Below, in pieces: positions 1 to 10,218 of a DNA stretch of 64,000 nucleotides; within the stretch, counting starts at the first letter, position 1, and each line of letters begins with the position of its first letter. The DNA comes from Candidatus Poribacteria bacterium (lineage in GTDB: Bacteria > Poribacteria > WGA-4E > WGA-3G). The stretch spans positions 26,860 through 90,859 of the forward strand of contig JAAXHL010000014.1 in NCBI GenBank assembly GCA_012270865.1. The letters are read 5' to 3'. Position numbers and translations under genes: made by a program. The notes below the pieces were generated by a model, which saw nothing but the letters and a program-made list of their open reading frames with translations, did not search any database and was not told where the DNA came from.

Positions 1-2
1 TC

Positions 3-998
3 AGTGGCTCTAAAGATGGCTTGTGGACCGAATGGTATACCGATGGAACCGAAAAATCCAAGGGAACCTATAAGTCCAGCATAAAAGATGGTGCGTGGTT
101 TTTTTTCTATGACAATGGTCAGAAAAGCAGTGAAGGTGCTTATATCGGTGATTCTAAAGATGGCCTGTGGACCGAATGGTATACCGATGGAAAAGAAAAG
201 TTAAAAGGGAACTACAAAACAGACGTAAAAGATGGGATGTGGACTCTCTGGTACGACAATGGTCAGAAAAGCAGTGAAGGTGCTTATATAAACGGCTCTA
301 AAGACGGTTTATGGACCGAATGGTATGATAATGGGACGCAAAAGTCGAAAGGAAATTACAAAAATGACTTCCATTTCGGAGCATGGACTTGGTGGTACGA
401 TAATGGGAAACAGGAAGCAGAGGGAACATTTAAGGCTGGAAAAGGGCGAAGTTACGTTTATTTTGATCGTGATCCGAAGCAGGGTGCGGGTAAAGGAAGC
501 CAAATAAATCTATCTGGGAGTCGCTATTCTAATTTTGAGTATTATTTTCCTGGCATTTGGATTAAAGGCATTGCTGATGGAAAATGGACCTTTTGGCACA
601 CCAATGGCCAGAAGTGGGCGGAAGGAAGTTACAAGGATGGCAATGGAACTGGTTCGTGGGCTTGGTGGTGGCCTTCCGGAAATAAGGCAGCCGAAGGAAG
701 TTTTGTAGACGTTAATTCTGACCTCTATGTTACTGAGTTTGGTCTGTCGTACTACTACGGAGCTTTCTCTGACAATTGGAAAAGAACTTTACTTACCGTT
801 GGTGGAGCTGCTTATGGAAAATGGACCTTCTGGCATAACTATATGCCCGTCTCCGAGGAGAAGTTATCAGTGTGGTTTTCCCTAACTATCACTAAGGGGT
901 ACAGAGTTGAAAATAAAATGCTACTCGACTGGAACGGAGAATACCAGGGTCCCTTTGTGGATATGAGATATGAGACTTATTCTCAACATCTTGAGTAG
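3..998 (+). CDS. MORN-variant (YwqK-like) repeat protein, 5' end outside window
   Basis: The frame-3 ORF is open from the window edge (SGSKDGLWTEWY...) to TAG at 996-998. It has more than eight ~23-aa units of the form DGxWTxWYxNGxKxxEGxY. Same repeat family as CDS 10219-11205. Confidence 0.75.
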   Translation, partial: SGSKDGLWTEWYTDGTEKSKGTYKSSIKDGAWFFFYDNGQKSSEGAYIGDSKDGLWTEWYTDGKEKLKGNYKTDVKDGMWTLWYDNGQKSSEGAYINGSKDGLWTEWYDNGTQKSKGNYKNDFHFGAWTWWYDNGKQEAEGTFKAGKGRSYVYFDRDPKQGAGKGSQINLSGSRYSNFEYYFPGIWIKGIADGKWTFWHTNGQKWAEGSYKDGNGTGSWAWWWPSGNKAAEGSFVDVNSDLYVTEFGLSYYYGAFSDNWKRTLLTVGGAAYGKWTFWHNYMPVSEEKLSVWFSLTITKGYRVENKMLLDWNGEYQGPFVDMRYETYSQHLE

Positions 999-1474
999 TA
1001 GCACACAACGCGGAATTGGTAGAACATGATTAACAATAAGTACTTAGGATTAGTGTATATCCATGAGGTATAATAGAATTTTTCTGTGAGGTTTAAGTTT
1101 AATGTGAGTTCGGTATAAGCCTACTTTCATATATTCTTAAGTATTTTCCACTGGTTCCGTCTGTCTGCGGGATTTAGGAGGTAAAACACCCCGCATCTAT
1201 ATTGAAACACCCACTATTTCTTACACTGAACCCACGTTAAGTTTATGTAAAGTTTCTCTTGCAAGCGAATCTATTTAGTTACACATCTCAATATACTTAA
1301 GAGTACTGCAGATATATCACTGATTGAACGCCGCGAGGTGAATTATGTTGTCTTCGCATGCCCGTCTATCGCCACCGATCAGAAATCATTAGAGTATCGT
1401 AAAATTAAGGGCCTCAACTGGAAAGCGTCTCAATTGGCTAAATCAGAGGCATCTCAATAACAAAGGAATTACTT

Positions 1475-3484
1475 ATGGCTGAACAACATCACGAACTTGC
1501 TCACGTTTTTAGTGAACCCTCTGGAAGGGTGAACGACGCGCGCGCTGGTGGTCTCCGCGATGTCAACACTCCCTATACCTTTCCGGGTTATACCGAGGCA
1601 GAATGGCTCGAAAAAGCCGATGCTTTGCGCCAGCAGATTCGCGTCGCTAACGGCTTGATACCGGCACACGAACCGACACCACTGAATGCTGAGATATTCG
1701 GAAAGATTGAACGCGAAGACTATAGCATCGAAAAGGTCTATTTTGAACCCTTTCCGGGGTTCTTCACAACCGGAAACCTCTATCGTCCACTTGGGAAATC
1801 CGGTCCGTTTCCGGGGATTGTGAGTCCGCACGGACATTGGGGACGTGGTAGACTTGAAAACATCGAACGCGGTTCAATCCCCGGTCGCTGCATCAACTTT
1901 GCGAAACAGGGTTACGTTATCTTTGCCTACGATATGCTCGGCTATAACGACAGCGGCAAACAGATTGAGCACCGTTATGGCGGTGCGCGTGAAGGTCTCT
2001 GGGGTCTAAGTGCGATGGGTCTTCAACTCCAGAGCGGTATCCGCGCCATCGACTTTTTACAAAGCTTGGTAGATGTAGATGCGGAACGTATCGGTTGTAC
2101 GGGTGCGTCTGGTGGTGGAACGCAGACCTTTATCTTGACAGCAGTAGATGAACGCATCAAAGTCTCTGCCCCTGTCAATATGATTTCTGCGACGATGCAA
2201 GGTGGGTGTCTCTGTGAAAACGCGCCGAACCTCCGTTTGGATGTCAGCAACCTCGAAATCGGTGCGTTGATGGCACCGCGTCCGCTTTTGCTCGTATCGG
2301 CGACTGGGGATTGGACGGTGAAAACGCCGACGGTTGAATATCCGGCGATCCGAAGCATTTATGAACACTTCAACGCAGCGGATAAGGTCCATCAGGTTCA
2401 GGTAGACGCGGAGCATAACTATAACCGAGAGAGTCGTGAAGCGGTATATGCGTGGTTCGCGAAATGGTTTTTAGGAGCAGAGGACGCTTCGGCGTTCAAG
2501 GAGATAGAATTTCAGGTTGAGCTGGATGACGCGCTATTGGTCTTCTCGGAACGTGAGATACCATCGCATGCGCTGAAGCAGGAAGATTTTTTACCGGCTT
2601 GGGTCGCGCGTTCCGAACAAGCACTCGAAAATCGGAAGCCGACGAACGACACAGAACTTCAGACGTTCCGTGAAGAGATGGAAAGCGGATTGCAACACGC
2701 CCTCGGATTGCAGGTTCCAAAGATTACAGATGTCACGCTTGTCGAACCGGAGGGCGCGTTTCCGACGACCTACCAAACCAGCCTCTCTGCAAGACATCTC
2801 GTTATCGGGAGAAAAGGTGTCGGCGATACGATCCCTGCCATCTTGTTTAGTCCAGAGCCACAAGTCGGACACGATCCGATCGTATTGATCGTTCATGCAG
2901 AAGGTAAGGAGAAGTTGATTGATATGGAGACGGGTGAACCGTCGAGCCTTATCACCGACTTACTCGCTGCCGACCGAAAGGTGCTGCTCATTGATGTCTT
3001 CGGTGTCGGTGAGCATGAAGATTATGATAGACCGGAAGATACCTCCTTTTTCACGACCTACAACCGTACCGCTGCAGCACTCCGCGTGCAAGACATTGTA
3101 ACGGCACTGCGTTGCTTCACAGGTAGAGGCGATGTCTCGGAGGTGAACCTAATCGGGATCGGAGAAGCGGGATTGTGGAGCCTACTTGCGGCTGGATTCA
3201 CCGATGTCAAGAACGTTGTTATAGATACAGATGGATTTGATAACAGCAGCGACGATGCCTTTTTAAAGACGTTGCCGATACCGAGTATTCGTCGGGTTGG
3301 CGATTTTCGGACAGCCGGAACACTCGTTACCCCACGAAACTTAATCCTCCACAATACGGGTAATGTGTTTGAAACGGCATGGATTCGCGAGGTGTATAGA
3401 AATATCGGTGCGAGCGACGAGTTGTTGGTTGCGGAAGCTCGGTTATCTGATGAAGAGATTGTCGGTCGGGTAACGGAAGCGTAA
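1475..3484 (+). CDS. alpha/beta hydrolase (acetyl-xylan-esterase / dienelactone-hydrolase-like) with long C-terminal extension
   Basis: 669-aa ORF with a nucleophile-elbow-like GCTGASGGGTQTF preceded by SPHGHWGRG. The overall pattern matches AXE1/DLH-type hydrolases. The exact family was not verified. Confidence 0.6.
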   Translation: MAEQHHELAHVFSEPSGRVNDARAGGLRDVNTPYTFPGYTEAEWLEKADALRQQIRVANGLIPAHEPTPLNAEIFGKIEREDYSIEKVYFEPFPGFFTTGNLYRPLGKSGPFPGIVSPHGHWGRGRLENIERGSIPGRCINFAKQGYVIFAYDMLGYNDSGKQIEHRYGGAREGLWGLSAMGLQLQSGIRAIDFLQSLVDVDAERIGCTGASGGGTQTFILTAVDERIKVSAPVNMISATMQGGCLCENAPNLRLDVSNLEIGALMAPRPLLLVSATGDWTVKTPTVEYPAIRSIYEHFNAADKVHQVQVDAEHNYNRESREAVYAWFAKWFLGAEDASAFKEIEFQVELDDALLVFSEREIPSHALKQEDFLPAWVARSEQALENRKPTNDTELQTFREEMESGLQHALGLQVPKITDVTLVEPEGAFPTTYQTSLSARHLVIGRKGVGDTIPAILFSPEPQVGHDPIVLIVHAEGKEKLIDMETGEPSSLITDLLAADRKVLLIDVFGVGEHEDYDRPEDTSFFTTYNRTAAALRVQDIVTALRCFTGRGDVSEVNLIGIGEAGLWSLLAAGFTDVKNVVIDTDGFDNSSDDAFLKTLPIPSIRRVGDFRTAGTLVTPRNLILHNTGNVFETAWIREVYRNIGASDELLVAEARLSDEEIVGRVTEA

Positions 3485-3489
3485 GCAAA

Positions 3490-3520
3490 GGATGGAAGGA
3501 TGGAAGGATGGAAGGATCCA
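3490..3520. repeat. tandem 8-bp repeat GGATGGAA x3 plus a partial unit
   Basis: ggatggaa occurs at 3490-3497, 3498-3505 and 3506-3513, followed by ggatcca. It lies in the convergent gap between the hydrolase and amt. Partly complementary to ccaatcttcc downstream, so it may form a bidirectional terminator hairpin. Confidence 0.8.
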
Positions 3521-3570
3521 TCTATGCTTCCAATCTTCCAAACCCTGCCTGTAAGAGAAGGATAGATTGC

Positions 3571-5034
3571 CTATGAGAGGTTGTATCCACGCTCGTTGTG
3601 TTGTGAGAGGTCGAGTCCCATCCGTTCCTCATCCTCTTCAACGCGTAAGCCGACTGTGGCATCAATGATTTTAAGGATAATAAACGAAAGCACACCGCTC
3701 CAGACGAGTGTAATGACGACACTGAGGAACTGTGCCCAGAGTTGCGCGCCTATGCCGTTATCCAATCCGACCCCACCTAAACCTTTAGCAGCAAAAACTC
3801 CAGTCAGCAGTGCGCCGACAATTCCACCGATCCCGTGAACGCCGAATGCGTCAAGCGAATCGTCGTAACCGAGTTTTGATTTCAGACTGGTCGCGCCCCA
3901 ATAGCAGACGATACCGGAGACGATACCGATAACAAGTGCGCCCATAGGTCCGACGTATCCGGAAGCTGGTGTGATAGCGACCAAACCGCCGACAGCACCT
4001 GTCACAATACCCAAAGCACTCGGTTTACGGTGTACTGCCCATTCAACAAACATCCAGGTAATCGCGGCGGCTGCGGTAGAAATTTGCGTAACGAGCATCG
4101 CCATACCTGCGGCACCATCAGCGGCAGCAGCACTTCCAGCATTGAAACCGAACCAACCGACCCAGAGCATTGAAGCACCGACGACGGTGAGGGTCAAGCT
4201 ATGCGGCGGCATCGCGGAGGTACCGTATCCGATCCGTTTTCCGACCATGATAGCAGCAAGGAGTGCGGCAATTCCAGCGTTAATATGAACAACCGTTCCA
4301 CCTGCGAAGTCGAGTGCACCGAGAATATCGCCAAACAGCGAACCGTCTCCACCCCATGCCATGTGGCAGAGAGGTGCGTACACAATTATCGACCATAGGA
4401 CGGAAAAGATTAACATCGCCGAGAATTTCATCCGTTCAGCGAACGCACCAGCGATCAATGCGGGTGTAATAATCGCAAATGTTAGTTGGAAGGTAATAAA
4501 GACCGTTTCGGGGATGCTCCCAGACAGCGAATCCACACCAACACCACTTAGGAACATGGCACCGAGCCCACCGACAAAGGAGCCGAGCGTGAGTTTTCCT
4601 GCCTCCATACCTGCGGTATTAAATGCAAGGCTATAACCACAGATAATCCATATAATGGTAATCAACCCTGTCAATGCGAAACATTGCATGAGGACAGAGA
4701 GTACATTTTGGACGCGCACGAGTCCGCCGTAGAAGAGCGCGAGTCCGGGGATCGTCATAAAGAGCACGAGAGCAGTTGAAGTGAGCATCCAGGCGGTATT
4801 ACCGGAATCATGCGGTTTCTCCAATTTTTCCACACGTTCCCCTAATTCCTCTAACGTCAGCACCGAAGCAGTGTCCTCTGAATCAGGTGATGCTTCTTGT
4901 GCCATAATCAAACTCGGCACGCCACACATTAATAAAATAACAATCAACGCTCCAATTCGTGTGTAAGCAGTTCGCTTTCCTGCTAATAGTGATGCACATC
5001 GTTGTTGCATCGGAATCCTCCATAATATTGACAA
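3571..5034 (-). CDS. amt: ammonium transporter (Amt/MEP family)
   Basis: 487-aa polytopic ORF with Amt signatures AGAFAERMKFSAML, GGTVVHINAGIAAL and DDSLDAFGVHGIGGIVGALLTG. Both pore histidines are present. Confidence 0.93.
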   Translation of the reverse strand: MSILWRIPMQQRCASLLAGKRTAYTRIGALIVILLMCGVPSLIMAQEASPDSEDTASVLTLEELGERVEKLEKPHDSGNTAWMLTSTALVLFMTIPGLALFYGGLVRVQNVLSVLMQCFALTGLITIIWIICGYSLAFNTAGMEAGKLTLGSFVGGLGAMFLSGVGVDSLSGSIPETVFITFQLTFAIITPALIAGAFAERMKFSAMLIFSVLWSIIVYAPLCHMAWGGDGSLFGDILGALDFAGGTVVHINAGIAALLAAIMVGKRIGYGTSAMPPHSLTLTVVGASMLWVGWFGFNAGSAAAADGAAGMAMLVTQISTAAAAITWMFVEWAVHRKPSALGIVTGAVGGLVAITPASGYVGPMGALVIGIVSGIVCYWGATSLKSKLGYDDSLDAFGVHGIGGIVGALLTGVFAAKGLGGVGLDNGIGAQLWAQFLSVVITLVWSGVLSFIILKIIDATVGLRVEEDEERMGLDLSQHNERGYNLS

Positions 5035-5232
5035 GCAGGTATTGCTTGCTTTGTTATTTTTGTAAGGATAGACAACTTTGTCTGCCCTTCAATTATATTG
5101 TATCATACGCTAATTTCACGTAGCAAAAAGGGAAGCACCCACAAGGTGAGAAGTAAAACTCAGGGATATAAGTGAAACTTCCTGTGGGTGGTCCCTATTA
5201 GATTTGTAGCCAAAGGCTACCGGACAAATACG

Positions 5233-6609
5233 TTAACGCATTGCCGAGACGTTAAAGTCGGGATAGGCACTCGCACCGTGTTCCTCGTAATCGAGTCCTG
5301 TCTGTTCTTCTTCTTCTGTGACCCGCAAGCCTGTAATCGCTTTGATTCCGTAGAAGAGAATAAAGCCAGTGACGAGACACCATACGAGAACGGCGAAAAC
5401 ACCGACGATCTGTGCCCAGAGAAGCCCGAATCCTCCACCGGCGAAAACGCCACTTGAGCTGTCGAAGAACCCGAGAAGAATCGTGCCTAATGCGCCACAC
5501 GTACCGTGTACAGAGATGGCACCGACCGGATCATCAATCCGAAGTTTCTCAAACATCAGTACACTCAGAACAACAACAATACCACCGAGGGCACCGATAA
5601 TTGCGGCATCTCTTGGACTTACGGATGCACAACCGGCAGTAATTGCCACCAATCCACCGAGTGCGCCGTTGAGTGCCATACCGGCATCGGGTTTACCGAG
5701 GATGAGCCATGCGGTAATCATTGCGAGGATAGCACCTGCAGCGGCTGCGAGGTTCGTCGTTATGGCAATACTGGAAATCGCAGCTGCGTCTGCCCCCATT
5801 TGGCTACCGGGATTAAATCCGAACCAACCGAGCCACAAGATAAAGACACCGAGTGCAGCGAGCGGGAGATTGTGTCCGGCAATCGGTCTCGGATTCCCCT
5901 CAGCATCGTATTTCCCAAGGCGAGGTCCCAAGACGATAGCACCTGTTAAGGCGAGCCAGCCGCCTGTTGAATGGACGACCGTTGAACCGGCAAAATCCGA
6001 CATACCCAAACTTGACAACCAGCCACCACCCCAAACCCAGTGTCCCACGATCGGATAGATGATCCCAGTAATGAAGACACTATAGATGAGGTAGCTTTTA
6101 AACTGTGTGCGTTCTGCCATTGCGCCTGAGACGATAGTTGCGGCAGTAGCGGCGAATACGAGTTGGAAGAGCCACGCCGCATAAGTCGGGACCGAGCTCC
6201 ACTCTAATGAACTAAATATACTTGTACTGGCTGCTGCGCCTTCTGTAAGGGTTTGAGAAGGCACAAACCAACCACTTGTTCCCATGAACGCATTACCGGC
6301 ACCAAACATAATAGCAAAACCGATTGCCCAGTAAGCGATGGAACCCATTGAAAAGTCCATCAGGTTTTTCATGAGAATGTTGACAGCATTCTTGGCGCGT
6401 GTGAATCCAGACTCCACCATAGCGAACCCTGCCTGCATAAAGAAAACCAAAAATGCAGCGACAAGTACCCATAGTGTGTCACCCATATACTTGGCATCCT
6501 CAACCTTTTTGAGCGTGCCTTCATCATCTATCAACCCATTTAGGGCGAAAGCGTTTAGGCTCAGGAGGCATACAAGAATAAAAACGGATATGATAACCTT
6601 TTTCTTCAT
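5233..6609 (-). CDS. amt: ammonium transporter (Amt/MEP family), second copy
   Basis: 458 aa with a signal-like N-terminus. Motifs SGAMAERTQFKSYL, GSTVVHSTGGWLAL and DDPVGAISVHGTCGALGTILLG. Confidence 0.93.
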   Translation of the reverse strand: MKKKVIISVFILVCLLSLNAFALNGLIDDEGTLKKVEDAKYMGDTLWVLVAAFLVFFMQAGFAMVESGFTRAKNAVNILMKNLMDFSMGSIAYWAIGFAIMFGAGNAFMGTSGWFVPSQTLTEGAAASTSIFSSLEWSSVPTYAAWLFQLVFAATAATIVSGAMAERTQFKSYLIYSVFITGIIYPIVGHWVWGGGWLSSLGMSDFAGSTVVHSTGGWLALTGAIVLGPRLGKYDAEGNPRPIAGHNLPLAALGVFILWLGWFGFNPGSQMGADAAAISSIAITTNLAAAAGAILAMITAWLILGKPDAGMALNGALGGLVAITAGCASVSPRDAAIIGALGGIVVVLSVLMFEKLRIDDPVGAISVHGTCGALGTILLGFFDSSSGVFAGGGFGLLWAQIVGVFAVLVWCLVTGFILFYGIKAITGLRVTEEEEQTGLDYEEHGASAYPDFNVSAMR

Positions 6610-6725
6610 TTTTCAGAATCTCTCCTTTGCGTCAATCCATTAAAAAAACTGGGGATGCTCATCGCGAACCGTAAGACTGTTGTGTTGTCCTCGGCTCGCG
6701 ATAATATCGACCAATGTTTATTTTC

Positions 6726-7469
6726 CTACCACTCGCGGAAGAGCGTCATTCTGCCCGTAATTCCTGTTTGCTCTATCTCGTTGCCCTCATCATCTTCCTG
6801 CGGTTGGGTTTCAAATCCGACAAAAATCCCGAGCGTATTATTTTCGCCATAACCGACATTCGCTCGAGCACCGACAACCAGGCTGCTAAGTCCACCTTCA
6901 TCGCCTAAGCCGATCGTTGCTTCTACTTGTGGACCGATAGCAATCGTATCGTTGACCGAATAGAGAATGAAGTCGCGTGTATAGAGCGAATCATCGCCGT
7001 AATCAAAAGGCGAGTTGAAGAACCCTTGAATCCACGATTCAAAATAGATGGAGCCTGCGGTGAGATAGGTGAACAACTGCGGGGCGATCAAAGAAGAGGG
7101 GCCATCCGCTGCGGCATAGTCAAAACCGATACCTACCATCGGGAGGAAAGTAAGTTCCAATGATTCACTGGCAACAACAGGGATGCCGAGACCGAGGTCT
7201 AACTCACCAAACGTTCCGACGACATAAATATCAGTATCGAAAGAGAGGCTGCCGAGGAAATCTGGCGAATGACTGGCACCAACCCAGATTTGTGTTCCCA
7301 AACTATCAGTATCGGTACGAAACCACCCGGAAGCACCTGATGCTTCTTCTTCCGCCATATCTTCTTCACCCATTTCATGGGCATCTGCATAAACCATCGG
7401 AACACTACCAATTGCGAAAATACACGCAACGACTAACAGACGAACTAACCAAACAGTATACGTTTTCAT
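6726..7469 (-). CDS. secreted, putative outer-membrane beta-barrel (porin-like) protein, first gene of the amt operon
   Basis: Signal peptide (VWLVRLLVVACIFAIGSVPMVYA), then an acidic DAHEMGEEDMAEEE segment and amphipathic strand-like repeats, ending ...GRMTLFREW. AAGGAG lies 11 nt before the ATG at 7469; the longer ORF to 7499 has no RBS. Clear paralogue of 12515-13297. I do not recognise the family, so the barrel is inferred. Confidence 0.6.
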   Translation of the reverse strand: MKTYTVWLVRLLVVACIFAIGSVPMVYADAHEMGEEDMAEEEASGASGWFRTDTDSLGTQIWVGASHSPDFLGSLSFDTDIYVVGTFGELDLGLGIPVVASESLELTFLPMVGIGFDYAAADGPSSLIAPQLFTYLTAGSIYFESWIQGFFNSPFDYGDDSLYTRDFILYSVNDTIAIGPQVEATIGLGDEGGLSSLVVGARANVGYGENNTLGIFVGFETQPQEDDEGNEIEQTGITGRMTLFREW

Positions 7470-7672
7470 TAAAGTAAATTCTCCTTTATGTGCATCCAAA
7501 ATGCACGGACAAACTGCGTAAATGTGAACTACGTACGTTTACGGTGCAACTCCAAAATTTCAATACAGAAATAGGTCGCTTGACTCTGGGATCAACTTGT
7601 GATATAGTGGTTCTCGCTTGCACAAACAGCAGGTTTTTCACCAGTGCCTATTATGCACCTATTTTCGTTAAA

Positions 7673-7687
7673 GCAAGACGCGTGCCA
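7673..7687 (-). promoter_or_regulatory. sigma54 (-24/-12) promoter
   Basis: The minus strand reads TTGGCACGCGTCTTGCT. This matches the consensus TGGCACG-N4-TTGCW exactly. It lies about 200 nt upstream of the porin-like/amt/amt genes. Confidence 0.65.
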
Positions 7688-7776
7688 ATTAACAGTTTAC
7701 CTCACAGTGAGAACTCTTAAATCATTCGTTTCGCCTACTTTCAGTTGTCAGTAATGTAAGCATTACAAGCATTTAG

Positions 7777-7804
7777 CCGATAATAGATACCGGATAACGG
7801 ACAA
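7777..7804. repeat. heptad-periodic repeat run (ccgataa tagatac cggataa cggacaa)
   Basis: Four 7-nt units in a fixed register in the divergent gap 7500-7832. Member of the intergenic heptad family described in the findings. Confidence 0.6.
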
Positions 7805-7832
7805 CGCTCACTGCAAGGCAACTCCTTAAAAA

Positions 7833-9242
7833 ATGCTGAAATTTTCAACAGAACATTGCCCAAAAAAGATGCAAATCGTCCTTCTGAGCGTTATTGTGAT
7901 GTTCGGGGCAGTCCTACGTTTTTGGAACTTGGGACAGTGGAGTTTTTGGATTGACGAGGTGTTCACCGTCAGAGACGCACAAGACCTCTCGTTCAACAGT
8001 TTTCAGTCTATTCCGAACCCGATTCCGTACCTTGCAGTGAAGTTATCAATCTTTATCGGTGGTAGTAGCGAATGGTGGAGTCGTCTGATTCCGTGTCTCG
8101 TCGGGATCGTTTCAATTCCTGCTGTTTTCGGGTTAGGACGGACTCTCTATGATTGGCGTGTTGGACTTTTTAGTAGCGCGTTTGTGGCGTGCGCCAGTTG
8201 GCATCTGTTTTGGACGCAGAACGCTCGTTATCCTGTCTTTACCTTCCTGTTTGCGGTCCTGACAGCGTGGTGTTTCTATCTATCTCTGGAGCGCGATTCA
8301 ACACGACTGACGATAGGTGCGCTCGCCTGCTGTTTGTGTCTAATTCTCTCACATACGCTTTCGGTTGTCATCGTTCCGGCGTTAGCGGTTTATGCCGTGA
8401 TTCGTCTCTTAGAAAAATCGGATCGGAAACGGTGGCTAAATTTGCTTATCTTTTTTATCCCGTTTGCGATGCCGGTGTTCGCCTTAGCGTTTCCAGAGGT
8501 CCGCGGCTATCTTTTCTCTGGGTGGGGACGCAACGAATGGCAACGGAGTCCGCTCTATATTATCTTAACACTCGTGCAAGGCGTGAGTGTTCCGATAGCC
8601 ATTGCTGCCTTTTTCGGGTTCGTTGCAACAACATCTAATAGGGCAACGCATTTTCTATTCTGTTATGCCGGTATCCCGTTATTCCTTTTCCTGATAGCCT
8701 CCCAGTTTCAAAATGTCGCTGGCTACTATCTATTCTGGACAACGCCTGCCTATTTTATTTTCGCTGGTGTTGCGTGTGAACGGGTCGTCTGGAGGGTGAT
8801 AGGTCCGCAATCGGAGGAGAAAAGAGTGGTACTTGTGCCGTGTATTTTGGTGGTAACATTACTCTCGCAGACCTATCTTTACTTTGAAGTCGAAAACGGT
8901 GGCCGCCCGCGGTGGCGTGAGGCATTTGAAGTTGTCAGGTCTGAGCAGAAACCCGGCGATAGTATCGTGCTTTCGGAGCCTGAAATGGGTAAGTATTACC
9001 TGTCAGAACTGCCGCCAATTTATATCGGTGAATTGTTAGAGGATAAAGATGGCTTTGAGAAACAGTGGGAAGATTCAGGGAGAGATCGGTTATGGTTCGT
9101 AGTTGATGTTGCGAGTTTCAACGTTTTCGACGCGGATGGAGATGTCCGCAGTTGGATTCGCCACCGCGGACATATTGTCCAAACGCTGCCTGCCTTCTCA
9201 CGTGCAAAGGACAGGACGATTCATATCTATTTACTGAGATAA
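7833..9242 (+). CDS. GT-C fold glycosyltransferase (family 39 / ArnT-PMT-like)
   Basis: 469-aa polytopic ORF with an N-terminal WSFWIDEVFT (acidic loop motif after TM1) and a soluble C-terminal domain. Confidence 0.65.
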   Translation: MLKFSTEHCPKKMQIVLLSVIVMFGAVLRFWNLGQWSFWIDEVFTVRDAQDLSFNSFQSIPNPIPYLAVKLSIFIGGSSEWWSRLIPCLVGIVSIPAVFGLGRTLYDWRVGLFSSAFVACASWHLFWTQNARYPVFTFLFAVLTAWCFYLSLERDSTRLTIGALACCLCLILSHTLSVVIVPALAVYAVIRLLEKSDRKRWLNLLIFFIPFAMPVFALAFPEVRGYLFSGWGRNEWQRSPLYIILTLVQGVSVPIAIAAFFGFVATTSNRATHFLFCYAGIPLFLFLIASQFQNVAGYYLFWTTPAYFIFAGVACERVVWRVIGPQSEEKRVVLVPCILVVTLLSQTYLYFEVENGGRPRWREAFEVVRSEQKPGDSIVLSEPEMGKYYLSELPPIYIGELLEDKDGFEKQWEDSGRDRLWFVVDVASFNVFDADGDVRSWIRHRGHIVQTLPAFSRAKDRTIHIYLLR

Positions 9243-9380
9243 AATCAAGCCTGCAATTAGAGAGTATTGCCCAAATAACAGTATTTTCAAAACCTCATGA
9301 AACTCGACGCACCACAAACACGAGTGTTCAATACATAAAAGACACGATATACTATTAATTGGACAACACCATCAAGAAAC

Positions 9381-9923
9381 CTAATAGAAATGAACATTAA
9401 AAGTAGCTGCGATGGTAATAATATTACTCTCAGATGTCTCATTGAAAGTTTCACCAGTCCAAATATTAAACCCGCTGGTATAAGTATCAGTATACCTAAC
9501 GTACCCCAATCCTAATTCAAGAGACACATGATCGCGCAACTCGTAACCTATTCCACCTGATAATGAAACAAGACTGTCCTCATTGGCACTTGTATACCCG
9601 AGTGCCCCGTGAAGATAATATTTTGAGTTTGGGTCAGTGAAGTACATAAATCCAAGACTCGGTATAATGCTTGGAACCGTCGATGAGAGGTATATAGTCA
9701 GCTGATCAGATAAGCCATAACCGAGTTTGCCAGACGTAGCAAAACCTGCCGCTGAACCTTCGATCTCACCTCCGCTCGCAATCGCTGCGTATCCAACGCC
9801 AACGCCCAAGAGTAATCCTTCACGTTCCCCATCAAACAGTTGCGCGTGCGTAATGAGTGATGGGCCAAATGTTAGTAACACTATCAAAATTGCTAAGGTT
9901 GAAAAACGTAAGTTTGTTTTCAT
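9381..9923 (-). CDS. small outer-membrane beta-barrel protein
   Basis: 180 aa with a signal peptide (AILIVLLTFGPSLITHA). Gly/aromatic alternating strands and a C-terminal ...TFNVHFY aromatic terminus. Confidence 0.6.
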   Translation of the reverse strand: MKTNLRFSTLAILIVLLTFGPSLITHAQLFDGEREGLLLGVGVGYAAIASGGEIEGSAAGFATSGKLGYGLSDQLTIYLSSTVPSIIPSLGFMYFTDPNSKYYLHGALGYTSANEDSLVSLSGGIGYELRDHVSLELGLGYVRYTDTYTSGFNIWTGETFNETSESNIITIAATFNVHFY

Positions 9924-10218
9924 AAAATATCTCCTTTTTTAAGTAGAACCCCTGCAACTCCGCGTTGCAGAGAAGCGTGTCAGCGGACTGTCCCGCATCT
10001 GACTGGATCCGTATGCCCTGTGAGGGTAACACCCATGGGTTCGGAAATAGTTTTCACACCTACCGAAGATTGCTGAAATATTTCACGAGAAGTCTTCGGT
10101 CTCTCGAACAGAACCAATTCCAGCAGTATCGTGAGCAACACCTATCGGGCAAAAGCACGAGTGAAGGTGTTTTTGCCTTACCACCAGAAGGGAAATTACA
10201 AGACGACGACGCTCCACC

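Noticed and set aside
998-1474. 476-bp gap inspected for a tRNA, small RNA or small ORF.
   Set aside because: It holds only a 15-codon ORF and a weak hairpin. I could not recognise a cloverleaf or a conserved motif by eye, though a covariance-model scan could still find something.
5369-6058. 229-aa + strand ORF (Pro/Ala-rich) and neighbouring ORFs inside the amt genes. There are similar long antisense ORFs inside purL, mutY, the sulfatase and the helicases.
   Set aside because: These are antisense shadows of strongly supported genes in GC-biased codon frames. They have no motifs or RBS.
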